A stretch of 64,000 nucleotides of DNA from Candidatus Brockarchaeota archaeon (lineage in GTDB: Archaea > Thermoproteota > EX4484-205 > JAAOZP01): positions 4,507 through 68,506 of the forward strand of contig JAFNIX010000004.1 in assembly GCA_017601225.1 (NCBI GenBank). The letters run 5' to 3'. Below the pieces are notes generated by a model. That model was not told where the DNA came from and searched no databases. It saw nothing but the letters and a program-made list of their open reading frames with translations. This document shows, in pieces, positions 25,502 through 34,242 of this stretch. The translations under genes and the position numbers were made by a program. How positions within the stretch are numbered: the first letter of the stretch is position 1; each line of letters opens with the position of its first letter.

Positions 25502-26290
25502 CTATGCCTCCAGGGCTTTAACTATCTCCTGTACCCCAGCCTCCTGCTCAGTTACTTTCAAGAATATTTCCTCTAAGGAGCCTTCCGCGCTCTTAACCAG
25601 TTTTCGAAGACCGTCGACTGTTCCCTCGCCAACCATTCTCCCCCTGTTTATTATACCTACTCTCATGCAGAGTCTTTCAGCAACCTCCATTATGTGCGTT
25701 GAAAAAATCACTGCACCCCCCTTGCTCACGTGGAAGGTCAACAGCTCCTTGAGTATTTTGGATGAGAACGCGTCAAGCCCCATCAGCGGCTCGTCGAGAA
25801 TCAGGAGCTGTGGCTCGTGCAGTAGGGCTGCCACTACCGCGACCTTCTGCTTATTCCCTTTAGAGAGGGCTGCGATAGGCGTGTCGAAATACTCTCTCAG
25901 TTGGAAAGCTGAAAACAGTTTCTCAAGCCGGGGGTGAACCATGTCCGCTTTTAGACGCCTAATAGAAGCAACAAATTCCAAGAATTCTCTGGGGGTTAGT
26001 GAATCCATGAGGATGACCTCTTCTGGAACATATCCCATCATGCTTTTAACAGCAACCTCGTCTGAAAGCGGCCTGCCGAAGATTTCAACCCTCCCGGAAG
26101 CAGGCTTTAAAAGCCCGGTTAACACTTTCAAAGTGCTGGTTTTACCAGCCCCGTTCGGCCCGAGAAGCCCGTATATTTCACCAGGTTTAACGGTGAAGGA
26201 AACACCGTCGACGGCGACGAAAGAACCATATTTAACAACGAGTCCCTCGACGAAAACAGGGGGAGCATGCTCATCATAATCGACTAACAT
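25502..26290 (-). CDS. ABC transporter ATP-binding protein (ABC-2/DrrA-CcmA type)
   Basis: 262 aa. Motifs present: Walker A GPNGAGKTS, signature LSKGNKQKV and Walker B LLILDEP. Confidence 0.85.
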   Translation of the reverse strand: MLVDYDEHAPPVFVEGLVVKYGSFVAVDGVSFTVKPGEIYGLLGPNGAGKTSTLKVLTGLLKPASGRVEIFGRPLSDEVAVKSMMGYVPEEVILMDSLTPREFLEFVASIRRLKADMVHPRLEKLFSAFQLREYFDTPIAALSKGNKQKVAVVAALLHEPQLLILDEPLMGLDAFSSKILKELLTFHVSKGGAVIFSTHIMEVAERLCMRVGIINRGRMVGEGTVDGLRKLVKSAEGSLEEIFLKVTEQEAGVQEIVKALEA

Positions 26291-26407
26291 GGAACCCAGC
26301 TCCCAAGCACCGGTTTTGTACGCAGCTCTTTTTATTTAAGTTTTAATCTTTTCAACCTTAAAATGGTAAAAGCCTAATAGTGAGCAAAAAGCATTCCCAC
26401 GGAGAAC

Positions 26408-27385
26408 TTGGATCAGAGAAACATCTTTCTCTCTCTTGCGCAGGGTGAAAACACAGCGGGACTGGTGGCTGCAGCAATAACAAGCCCTCTGACAGAGGAG
26501 CTGCTCAACATGTGTGGCTTAACGTGGTCCTCAGTCCACAAGAATCACGAAAACATGGTTAAAGTCGCGCTGGTAGCTAAATCCGCAATGGGTTTTGAAA
26601 CAGTTCGAGTCCCTTTCGACCAGTGTGTTGAAGCGGAAGCCCTAGGCGTTGAACTCGATTTTGAAGGCTATTATCCGAAGCCGAGGAGATTCTTGGAGGA
26701 AATACTGGAGTTCAACTTTATGGGGAGAGGCAGGACGATGATGGTTTTACAAGCCATTAGGGAGCTTAGAGAGGCTGTGGGCCCAGATTTCCCTATACTG
26801 GGGGGCGTCACAGGCCCTTTCACCCTCCTCAACTATCTTCTCGGCCCTGCTAAAACCATGTTGCTAAGTAGAAGGGACCCGAATATCATTAAGGATTATG
26901 CTGACAAGCTCTCAGCATCCGTAGCTGATTACGCCACGGAAATGGTTTCCGCTGGGGCTGATGCTATAGTGATTGAAGACATGGCTTCGTCTCCAGACGT
27001 GCTTAACCCAAAGATTTTCAAAACGGTTGAAGTAGAGCCTCTTAAACGGTTGACATCTAGGTTGAAAGTCCCCTGCATACTCCACATATGCGGAGACACT
27101 TTAAAGATTTTGAAAGACATACCTGAGACAGGTGTTAAAGTCTTCCATATTGACCCTAAAACCAACCTAAGGGTTGCAAAAGACTTGGTTCGGGGTGTAA
27201 CTTTAGCAGGAGGGGTAAGCACATCTCTACTTTGCGAAGGTGATGAGAAGAGTATTGTTGAAGCCTCGCTCTCCTGCATAAGCCTCGGAATCAGAATAGT
27301 GGCTCCAGCCTGCGCCCTACACCCAAAAACCCCGATGGGGAACGTTAAGACGATGATTAAGGCGGTGAAAAATAGCGCCTGCTAA
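26408..27385 (+). CDS. MtaA/MtbA-like methylcobamide methyltransferase family protein (URO-D superfamily)
   Basis: 325 aa with a TTG start. The block FDQCVEAEALGVELDF is family-typical. LHICGDT (H-x-C) plus the later APACALHP Cys match the MtaA-type zinc ligand pattern. Confidence 0.6.
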   Translation: MDQRNIFLSLAQGENTAGLVAAAITSPLTEELLNMCGLTWSSVHKNHENMVKVALVAKSAMGFETVRVPFDQCVEAEALGVELDFEGYYPKPRRFLEEILEFNFMGRGRTMMVLQAIRELREAVGPDFPILGGVTGPFTLLNYLLGPAKTMLLSRRDPNIIKDYADKLSASVADYATEMVSAGADAIVIEDMASSPDVLNPKIFKTVEVEPLKRLTSRLKVPCILHICGDTLKILKDIPETGVKVFHIDPKTNLRVAKDLVRGVTLAGGVSTSLLCEGDEKSIVEASLSCISLGIRIVAPACALHPKTPMGNVKTMIKAVKNSAC

Positions 27386-27397
27386 GTTTCCAATTTA

Positions 27398-29227
27398 CTA
27401 CCCGTTGCTTCCAAGTAGCTCTTTCAACCCTAGTCTATCAAGAGTCTCCATCTTTGGCTCGCCCTTCTCGTCCCAACCCCTGAGCCTATAGTATTCGGAA
27501 AGCATTGGTTCAAGCTCAACCACCTGTCCTTTCCCAGGCCCCTCCGTCATTGGCTCGTTTAAGAACCTGCGGGGCAGAGAGTCATCCTTCCTTGTTAACC
27601 CCTCTCTCACGTTGAAAAGCCTCGTCAAGTTGTAAACTCTCTCTCCTATCCTCATGAAGTCATACCAGTCTTTATATGGCTGTCCGGTGCACGCGACAAC
27701 CATGCGGTGCAGCTCTTTAAGCGTTATTGCGTAAAATGCGAAGAAGCATAAGCCTGAAGAGTCTATCACAGCCTTCTCGTCCTGCCTATCTATCACTAGC
27801 CTCGCCTTGCCCTCGATAGTGTACGGGTCTACACCACCACCATACCCAAGCAGCTCCTGCCCAGCGGTGTATCCTCTAAGGTGGCATGCTCCCCGGTCGC
27901 TGGTCGCGTAGCCAAGACCCATTCCTTTCGCAGCCCTCGGCTCGTAAGCAGGAATCTCCAACCCTTTCACATGCATCGCGAAGCTCTCGCTGCCTGGAAA
28001 CTTTCTGCTTAGCCTAGCTACACCCTGCTCAACCATTCTCCCACAGTCCTCGCCCTTACACGCCTTCTCAACAAGCCTTATGAAAACCTCGTCGTCTCCC
28101 CACGCAGGCCTTAACCCGTCCAGCTCCCGTATGAACCCTTTCTCGTAGAGCTCCATGAGGAAGCTTATTGTGACACCGGTGCTTATCGTGTCTAAGCCGT
28201 AGGCGTCGCAAAGATAATTAGCCATAGCTATCGTCTTAGCATTCTTGATGCCGCAGTTTGGGCCGAACGCCCATATTGTCTCGTAGTCAGGCCCGTCGAC
28301 CCATTTGTCGTTTAAAACAGCGATTTTCCCACACCGTATAGTGCAGCCGTAGCAACCCTTATCGGCCCTCCAAAGGCCGGATCTCCATTTCTCTCCTGAA
28401 AGCTCGCTTGCACCTTCGAACCTTCCTTTTTGAAAGTTTCTAGTGGGGAGCGCACCCATCTCATTAACAGCCTCTATTATGTTCACCGTCCCATGTCTCG
28501 GCAGGCTTCTAGCAGTAACCTCGTGCAGCCTCAGCATTCTCCTAACCACCCAAGCAGCCCTCTTCAAACCATCAGGATCATAAACCTCTATTGGTCTCTT
28601 ACCACCAACCACTATTGCCTTCAGCCTCTTAGAGCCCATTACGGCGCCGGAGCCACCTCGTCCGGCGGACCTCATATCATCAGTCATTAGACCGGATATT
28701 GGGGCGAGCCTCTCGCCCGCGGGCCCAACGATTAGGAAACTGTGAACCGGAAACTCTTTCCTCAGCTCCACAATGGTTTCGAATGTTGTTCTGCCCCATA
28801 GCTTGCTTGGTCTAAGCTCGGCCCCGTTTTCATCCACCACGAGCACAGAGGGTGCTTCAGCAGATCCCTTAATGATCAGCATGTCGTAACCGGCTCTCTT
28901 AAGCTGAACCCCGAACATTCCGCCGCAGTTTGAATCCAGGAAAACACCCGTCTGGGGGCTTTTTGTAACTATGCTAAACTTTGTGCCGGTTGGAGCAATC
29001 GTGCCCGTTAATGGTCCTGTGGAAACTATGAGCGGGTTTTCAGGCGACAGCGGATCCTCCTTGCCCCGCAGGCTCCGGTAGAGGCAGAGGGCTCCAAGAC
29101 CCTTTCCCCCCAACATTAGGAAAGCCTCCTTCTCGCTCAGACTGTCCACCCTAGCCTTTTTCAGAGAGAGATCAAAGCAGAGAACCCTACCCGTGTAGCC
29201 GCCCTTCATCTCAAACATCCTCCTCAA
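27398..29227 (-). CDS. aor: Aldehyde:ferredoxin oxidoreductase family tungstopterin enzyme
   Basis: 609 aa. It has the N-terminal block GRVLCFDLS...GGKGLGALCLY, the [4Fe-4S] motif CYGCTIRCGK and the pterin-region motif DSSGLCFF. Confidence 0.9.
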   Translation of the reverse strand: MRRMFEMKGGYTGRVLCFDLSLKKARVDSLSEKEAFLMLGGKGLGALCLYRSLRGKEDPLSPENPLIVSTGPLTGTIAPTGTKFSIVTKSPQTGVFLDSNCGGMFGVQLKRAGYDMLIIKGSAEAPSVLVVDENGAELRPSKLWGRTTFETIVELRKEFPVHSFLIVGPAGERLAPISGLMTDDMRSAGRGGSGAVMGSKRLKAIVVGGKRPIEVYDPDGLKRAAWVVRRMLRLHEVTARSLPRHGTVNIIEAVNEMGALPTRNFQKGRFEGASELSGEKWRSGLWRADKGCYGCTIRCGKIAVLNDKWVDGPDYETIWAFGPNCGIKNAKTIAMANYLCDAYGLDTISTGVTISFLMELYEKGFIRELDGLRPAWGDDEVFIRLVEKACKGEDCGRMVEQGVARLSRKFPGSESFAMHVKGLEIPAYEPRAAKGMGLGYATSDRGACHLRGYTAGQELLGYGGGVDPYTIEGKARLVIDRQDEKAVIDSSGLCFFAFYAITLKELHRMVVACTGQPYKDWYDFMRIGERVYNLTRLFNVREGLTRKDDSLPRRFLNEPMTEGPGKGQVVELEPMLSEYYRLRGWDEKGEPKMETLDRLGLKELLGSNG

Positions 29228-30455
29228 CGACTCTTATTGCTGCTGTGCCACACCATTCGGCACACTGGGGAACTCCGCCGCAAAGGTCGCATAAGAGAGG
29301 CCTATTCGCCTCCTCGTTGAACAGGATAACCTTCTGCGGGCATGATTCCACGCAGGCCATGCAGGAGGTGCACAGTTCCTCAACAAGCTCAACGTTACCC
29401 TTTGAACCCTTTTTTAAGGCTCCTGTTGGACAGACAGTTATGCATTTCCCGCATTGAACACATACAACCGGCTTGGCTCCGCTGGGCCATTCTTGAACAA
29501 CCCTGAGCCTAGCGCGCCCAATATCTATTTTGCCATAATGGTAGAGGCTGCAGACAGCAGTACACAGGTTGCAGCCGACGCAGGCAGCAGGCTCAACCCT
29601 TAGAGAGATCCTGCCCTTCTTAGCTGCTCCGACCACTTCCAAGACGCTCCTGCCCTCGTGCACTATACTCCTTACTAGCCTCACCATCTCACCAGGATCC
29701 TGGGCCTGCACTATGTTCCTGCCGTAGACTATTCCAGCACCACCTGCCTGCATAACCTCTTCAACAACCTCCAGCGAGTCCCTTATCGTGACGCCGCTGT
29801 ACCCGCCTAGGGCTAGAACAGGTATGCCGCCGGCAGCCTTAACGGTCCTCTCGAAAGTATACGGGTCCCCGGTGTAAGGGACTTTAAGCGCGTCAGCCCC
29901 AAGCTCAGCAGCCATTTTAACCGAAAGGTTTACAAGGTCGACGTAGTTCGCCTTCGTAACACGCTCACCCATCGGGAGGGGCTCAACTATTAGAGGCATT
30001 CCCCGCTTCTCGCATTCACGCGAAAACATTGATATCGTCTTAATGTTCTTAGCCTCCTCATCCTCGTCGCCGAGACCTATAAACAGGTAGACCACTATTC
30101 CGGAGGCGCCTAGTGCTAAAGCATCATCCACTTTCACAGTGCCCACGTCACGTATGACTCTTGCGGGGAGAGTGTATGTTTTATCTCTGAAAGCGTTTGT
30201 CCAATCAGCTCTAACTAGGAGCGCTGGTGCATCCCTCCCATGGAAGAGGTCGACTAGACTGGATGCTTGCCCAGGGGTCAGAAGAATAGCGTCCGGGCCT
30301 CCCTGAATAACCCGAGTAAGAGTTTCCCGAAGGTTCACAACGCCCCTTATTGGCCCAAGCATAAGCCCATGGTCCGCGGCGACAACCACGGATCTCCCGT
30401 CTTCGCCGAATATTCTTTTTAGCCTAAGCCTCTTTCCGGTCTGCATTCTTAACAC
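29211..30455 (-). CDS. DhnA-type class I aldolase fused to a C-terminal 16-Cys polyferredoxin domain
   Basis: 414 aa. The aldolase part has AADHGLMLGP and ELGADALKVPYTGD (putative Schiff-base Lys191). The C-terminal 130 aa carries CVGCNLCTAVC, CVQCGKCITVCP, CTSCMACVESCP and CDLCGGVPQCAEWC. The gene overlaps the AOR gene by 17 nt. Confidence 0.75.
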   Translation of the reverse strand: MLRMQTGKRLRLKRIFGEDGRSVVVAADHGLMLGPIRGVVNLRETLTRVIQGGPDAILLTPGQASSLVDLFHGRDAPALLVRADWTNAFRDKTYTLPARVIRDVGTVKVDDALALGASGIVVYLFIGLGDEDEEAKNIKTISMFSRECEKRGMPLIVEPLPMGERVTKANYVDLVNLSVKMAAELGADALKVPYTGDPYTFERTVKAAGGIPVLALGGYSGVTIRDSLEVVEEVMQAGGAGIVYGRNIVQAQDPGEMVRLVRSIVHEGRSVLEVVGAAKKGRISLRVEPAACVGCNLCTAVCSLYHYGKIDIGRARLRVVQEWPSGAKPVVCVQCGKCITVCPTGALKKGSKGNVELVEELCTSCMACVESCPQKVILFNEEANRPLLCDLCGGVPQCAEWCGTAAIRVVEEDV

Positions 30456-31222
30456 CCGTGAACCAGAAGCCTGGCTTCCGCAACGGTCTCCTCAACGCTG
30501 CCCGAGGCCAGTCTCTCCCTTAAGAGAAGACCTAAGCATCCGGCTGAGAGAGCCTTACTAAGCTCTGAGATCGGAGTCTCAGGATCGTCAATCGCGACAA
30601 CCGGGGTTTGACCAGACACCTCTACGATGGCCCGCATAGACTTCTCGTCTCCAACATATGGTGCCGCAACAAGGTCGGCACCCGCTTCAACAGCCATCCT
30701 GACAGCAAGCTTTAAACAGTCTAGCCGGTTAGCCTGAGTAACCCGCTCACCTATTGCCATTGTCTCCACAAGGAGTGGAAGCCCGAATCTCCTGCATCCT
30801 GAGACGAGTGTTGAAACAATTCTAATACTTCTAGCCTCTTCATCCTCATCCCCGACGAGAAGATAAGCGGCAACGCCTTCACCACCCAATGTCAAAGCCT
30901 CTCTAGGGTTAACCAGTTTAACATGCTCAAGTTTTTTACGAGTCAGTTTCGAACAGCCTCCCACAGCATTAGTGAAATCACACCTTAGTATAACAGAGGG
31001 TCCTCTTCCTCCGATCAAGCTTTCCAGTCCAGTGACCTGCCCCTTGCTAAGTATGATGGCATCGGGATTAGATTTTAAAACGCTCGTTAAGATGCTTTGC
31101 GTCGCCCACAGGTTTTCAACCTGTCCGCCCATGAAAGTAGAGTCAAGACTGATGATCAGTGTTTTCCCATCTTTGGAGAAAATCCTGCTTAACCTAAGCC
31201 CCTTCCCTATATGGGCGAACAA
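30449..31222 (-). CDS. DhnA-type aldolase-like protein lacking the Schiff-base lysine (probable non-catalytic paralog)
   Basis: 257 aa and alignable with the aldolase part of the downstream fusion. The motif is EAGADLVAAPYVGD where the paralog has GADALKVPYTGD. It has LDSTF where the paralog has ADHGL. The gene overlaps the downstream gene by 7 nt. Confidence 0.6.
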   Translation of the reverse strand: MFAHIGKGLRLSRIFSKDGKTLIISLDSTFMGGQVENLWATQSILTSVLKSNPDAIILSKGQVTGLESLIGGRGPSVILRCDFTNAVGGCSKLTRKKLEHVKLVNPREALTLGGEGVAAYLLVGDEDEEARSIRIVSTLVSGCRRFGLPLLVETMAIGERVTQANRLDCLKLAVRMAVEAGADLVAAPYVGDEKSMRAIVEVSGQTPVVAIDDPETPISELSKALSAGCLGLLLRERLASGSVEETVAEARLLVHGC

Positions 31223-31298
31223 GACGCTACGCCTCCAAAAATCTTTTTACCACACACTCCAGCCAAGCCATGTTCAATCATCCGCCTGTTTTTACTCA

Positions 31299-31877
31299 TC
31301 ACATCCTGCTCAGAGGCTTAGCTATGATCTCTTTAATAATCATGTCGAATATTCTGGAGGAGTTGGCGGGCTGGACAACTATAGCGGTGTCAGCACCCCT
31401 ACCGGTTCCGGCTATGCTCACCACATCCCTATCCACAGGTATTAGGCCAGCGTCCGCAGCCATGGCTACGATCTCGACAGCCACCTTCATGCCCTCGCAG
31501 AAAAGCCTAAGGGTTTGAGCCATTATCTCAGCAGGGTAAGCCGTGTCAAACTTGCTTCTTATCGCCCTCTCAACATTCATGAAGACATGCGTCCCGGTGT
31601 AAACCTTAACCCCGTTTGCCTCCATTATTCTACGATTCTCCTCAGTCAACTCCTGTTGCCCAGGTTCTTTAAAACCCGTGTGATGAGTCACGACAACCAA
31701 GTTAAAGCCTTTAAACACCTGTGAGGCCTTAACCCCGGTTTCACCAGTTGTAGACGCGACGACAATGTTCTTTATGCCCAGCTCCTCAGCCCTCTTCTTC
31801 GCTGAAGCCAGAACAGCCTCAGTATTGCTCCTCCCAGGCGTGCCGAAGTAAACTATGGTTTTCTCAATCACGCTCAT
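31299..31877 (-). CDS. Stand-alone pyruvate kinase C-terminal (alpha/beta) domain-like protein
   Basis: 192 aa. The blocks YFGTPGRSNTEAVL..IVVASTTGETG..VVVTHHTGF..KVAVEIVAMAADAGL..IAGTGRGADTA resemble the small archaeal PK_C-like proteins. The family assignment is recalled from memory. Confidence 0.5.
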   Translation of the reverse strand: MSVIEKTIVYFGTPGRSNTEAVLASAKKRAEELGIKNIVVASTTGETGVKASQVFKGFNLVVVTHHTGFKEPGQQELTEENRRIMEANGVKVYTGTHVFMNVERAIRSKFDTAYPAEIMAQTLRLFCEGMKVAVEIVAMAADAGLIPVDRDVVSIAGTGRGADTAIVVQPANSSRIFDMIIKEIIAKPLSRM

Positions 31878-31974
31878 GGGGACATCGTTTCAAAAAGCGC
31901 CGATAATCTTTTAAGCCTTTTGCCTAGAAAAAGCGTAAATGCAAGCCTAGGCTGAGCCGTTGTCCGATGATGGC

Positions 31975-33006
31975 TCAGCGCCTGCAACACTGCAGCGGGT
32001 AACTCCTCAATTTTAAAAAGGTCTTTACATATTCCTCAGCATTTTCAAGAGGCATGTTAACTATTACACCGTAGTATATGAATCCTCCGCCATGAGCCCC
32101 AGCGTGGAGCTGGCTTGCAACATATTCCTCTATCAGGTTTCTAGGAATCTTCTCCAATTTATAGGTGGAGGGTTGAGGTATTAGAGTCACTTTGCTCCCG
32201 TATTTCTCCTTCACAGAGGCGAGAACCATGTTTTCAGCCTCATCCAAAGGGTTTAAGCCGTCGAACCCCGCGTCAACCAATCTGTCTAGAATGAGGTTCA
32301 GATTACCATGGCTGTGGAGGAAAACGTAGGCCCCCTGGTTATGGTAGATTCTGCAAAGCTCACGGTCAAACGGCTCGAGAATTTCCCTGCATAGTTTTGG
32401 CGACAGGAATGGGCCGTTGCGATCCCCCAGGTCGCCTGAAAGCCAGACGCCGTTGACACCTGTTTCCTCTATTATTTGCCTCGCTATTTCCGTAAGCCTC
32501 TTAACTCCGAAACTGAGAATCCTTTTGGCGAAACATGGGTTCATAACCATGTCTGTAAGAAACTTTTTGAAACCTCTTAAAGAGTATGCCGCGAAGCCGA
32601 AGGGGCTCTCGTGACTTATGAAGGTGAAGCGATCACTGTTTTTCTCAACATTCTCCCCGATTCTCTTGACATGTTCCCTGGATAATTCGAACCTTTGTTC
32701 TTCAAGCCTATCAAGATCCTCCGGTTTTAAGATAGCGGGCTTAACCAACTCCCTGTAACCATAATCCACTTTGTAAGAGACACGATGAATATCTCCGAAA
32801 AAGGATTCTAAAAGCATGTGTTCAGAATCCTGCTCTAAAACCCTTGTCTCCGGAATGCTTCCTACACCCACAAGGTCCTGGGGCATCTCTCTGGATCTGA
32901 AAGCTTCTTGAAGCCGTCTGAGGCCGTCTGCAACAGCCCAGAGGCATGGAACCATGTCGGGCTCCTCGTGGTTAAGTGTAGTTAGAACACGATCAATAGG
33001 CTTCAA
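31975..33006 (-). CDS. Uroporphyrinogen-decarboxylase-like (URO-D superfamily) protein
   Basis: 343 aa with a TTG start. It has the N-terminal block LNHEEPDMVP and the block FLHSHGNLNLILDRLVDAGFDGLNPLD. It is closely similar in pattern to the ORF at 49110..50189. There is no H-x-C zinc motif. Confidence 0.6.
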   Translation of the reverse strand: MKPIDRVLTTLNHEEPDMVPCLWAVADGLRRLQEAFRSREMPQDLVGVGSIPETRVLEQDSEHMLLESFFGDIHRVSYKVDYGYRELVKPAILKPEDLDRLEEQRFELSREHVKRIGENVEKNSDRFTFISHESPFGFAAYSLRGFKKFLTDMVMNPCFAKRILSFGVKRLTEIARQIIEETGVNGVWLSGDLGDRNGPFLSPKLCREILEPFDRELCRIYHNQGAYVFLHSHGNLNLILDRLVDAGFDGLNPLDEAENMVLASVKEKYGSKVTLIPQPSTYKLEKIPRNLIEEYVASQLHAGAHGGGFIYYGVIVNMPLENAEEYVKTFLKLRSYPLQCCRR

Positions 33007-33037
33007 CTTTTAGGTACACTCAATCCGGATTACTTGA

Positions 33038-33823
33038 TCAGAATGATTTAAGGAAGCTTAGCGTTCTTCTTAACTCCTCCTCAGGTTCTCCGGGTATGCC
33101 GCACTCCAAGGTAAGATAATGCTTGTAGCCTCCTTCCCTTAGAATCCTCAGAGAACTGAAATCAGTATGCCCTCTTCCTGGCGTCAACCTGTTGCTGTCG
33201 GCAAGATGTATGTGAACAATCTTGTCGAGATGTTTCTTCAAGCTTAACCCGATGTCCGCCTCCTCAATACTCATGTGGAAATAGTCAGCCATTATCCTCA
33301 CTTCGTCTAAGCCGACTTCTTCACAGAGCGAGGCGGCTTGAGAAAGCGTCTTGAGGAAGTGCGTCTCATACCTGTTTAGCGGCTCCACGATCACTATGCT
33401 TCCGACATCCTTTGCATGCCTCCCGAGAATCCTGTATTCTTCTACAGCCAGCTTCCACTCCAGTTCAAACTTGTCTTTGAAAAGAGGAGAAAGATCGGGG
33501 ACGGTTGCCTCCCCGAAGACCGGTACAGTTATAACCCCTACTGCACCAAGCCTGTTAGCCCACTCAAGCCTCTCCTTTATCCCTTTTAATGCTGCCTCTC
33601 TGTCTTCTTTCCTCGGGGAAAGCAGGCTTCCCGAGTACCCTGAACAAATAGTGCTCACCTTAACCCTTGTAGTTGATAACGCTTCTAAAACATCCTTTAG
33701 AGCCCCGCCGAGCTCCTGTCTCCCCCAAAGCTCAATACCGTCATAACCATAGTTTTCAAGCCTCTTCAGCTTCTCCTCTAAGTTGACACCGGGAACAAGA
33801 TTCTCCTGGACTGAGAACTTCAT
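33038..33823 (-). CDS. Sugar phosphate isomerase/epimerase (xylose isomerase-like TIM barrel)
   Basis: 261 aa. The motifs VIVEPLNRYET, DYFHMSIEE and IHLADSNR follow the family-typical pattern. Confidence 0.7.
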   Translation of the reverse strand: MKFSVQENLVPGVNLEEKLKRLENYGYDGIELWGRQELGGALKDVLEALSTTRVKVSTICSGYSGSLLSPRKEDREAALKGIKERLEWANRLGAVGVITVPVFGEATVPDLSPLFKDKFELEWKLAVEEYRILGRHAKDVGSIVIVEPLNRYETHFLKTLSQAASLCEEVGLDEVRIMADYFHMSIEEADIGLSLKKHLDKIVHIHLADSNRLTPGRGHTDFSSLRILREGGYKHYLTLECGIPGEPEEELRRTLSFLKSF

Positions 33824-33899
33824 TTGCCACTTCTACTCTTCTCAGCTACTTTTTAACTTTACCTTTACATAGCATAGAAATACTGAGCTATTTCATGTT

Positions 33900-34142
33900 T
33901 CACCCGCCACCAAGCGGCGGGAAAATTGCCAGAACATCCCCATCTTTAACCTCAGGATTATCCCTAACTATTTTCTGGTTTAAGACAAATATTGCCTCCC
34001 TATCGAATTCAACATCAGGATGTTTCGAAACTATTTCTCTAATAACCTCCCTAATGGTTGAGCCGGGTGTGAGCTCCAGCTCCTCCTCGTACTTTCCCAC
34101 AGCCTCTCTGTAGGAGGCGAAATACTTAACCAGAATCTTCAT
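33900..34142 (-). CDS. MoaD/ThiS-family small sulfur-carrier protein
   Basis: ORF 33900..34166. The internal ATG gives an 80 aa protein starting MKILVKYFASYRE and ending in FPPLGGG. The C-terminal Gly-Gly is typical of the beta-grasp sulfur carriers. Confidence 0.75.
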   Translation of the reverse strand: MKILVKYFASYREAVGKYEEELELTPGSTIREVIREIVSKHPDVEFDREAIFVLNQKIVRDNPEVKDGDVLAIFPPLGGG

Positions 34143-34242
34143 CCCGCTTCCTTCTAACCCCCTCATGCTTATATGTTTTTACTGGGCGTGGCCTACACTA
34201 TACTTATAAATACTTGCAAAACATGCTTCCCCGACCATTACC

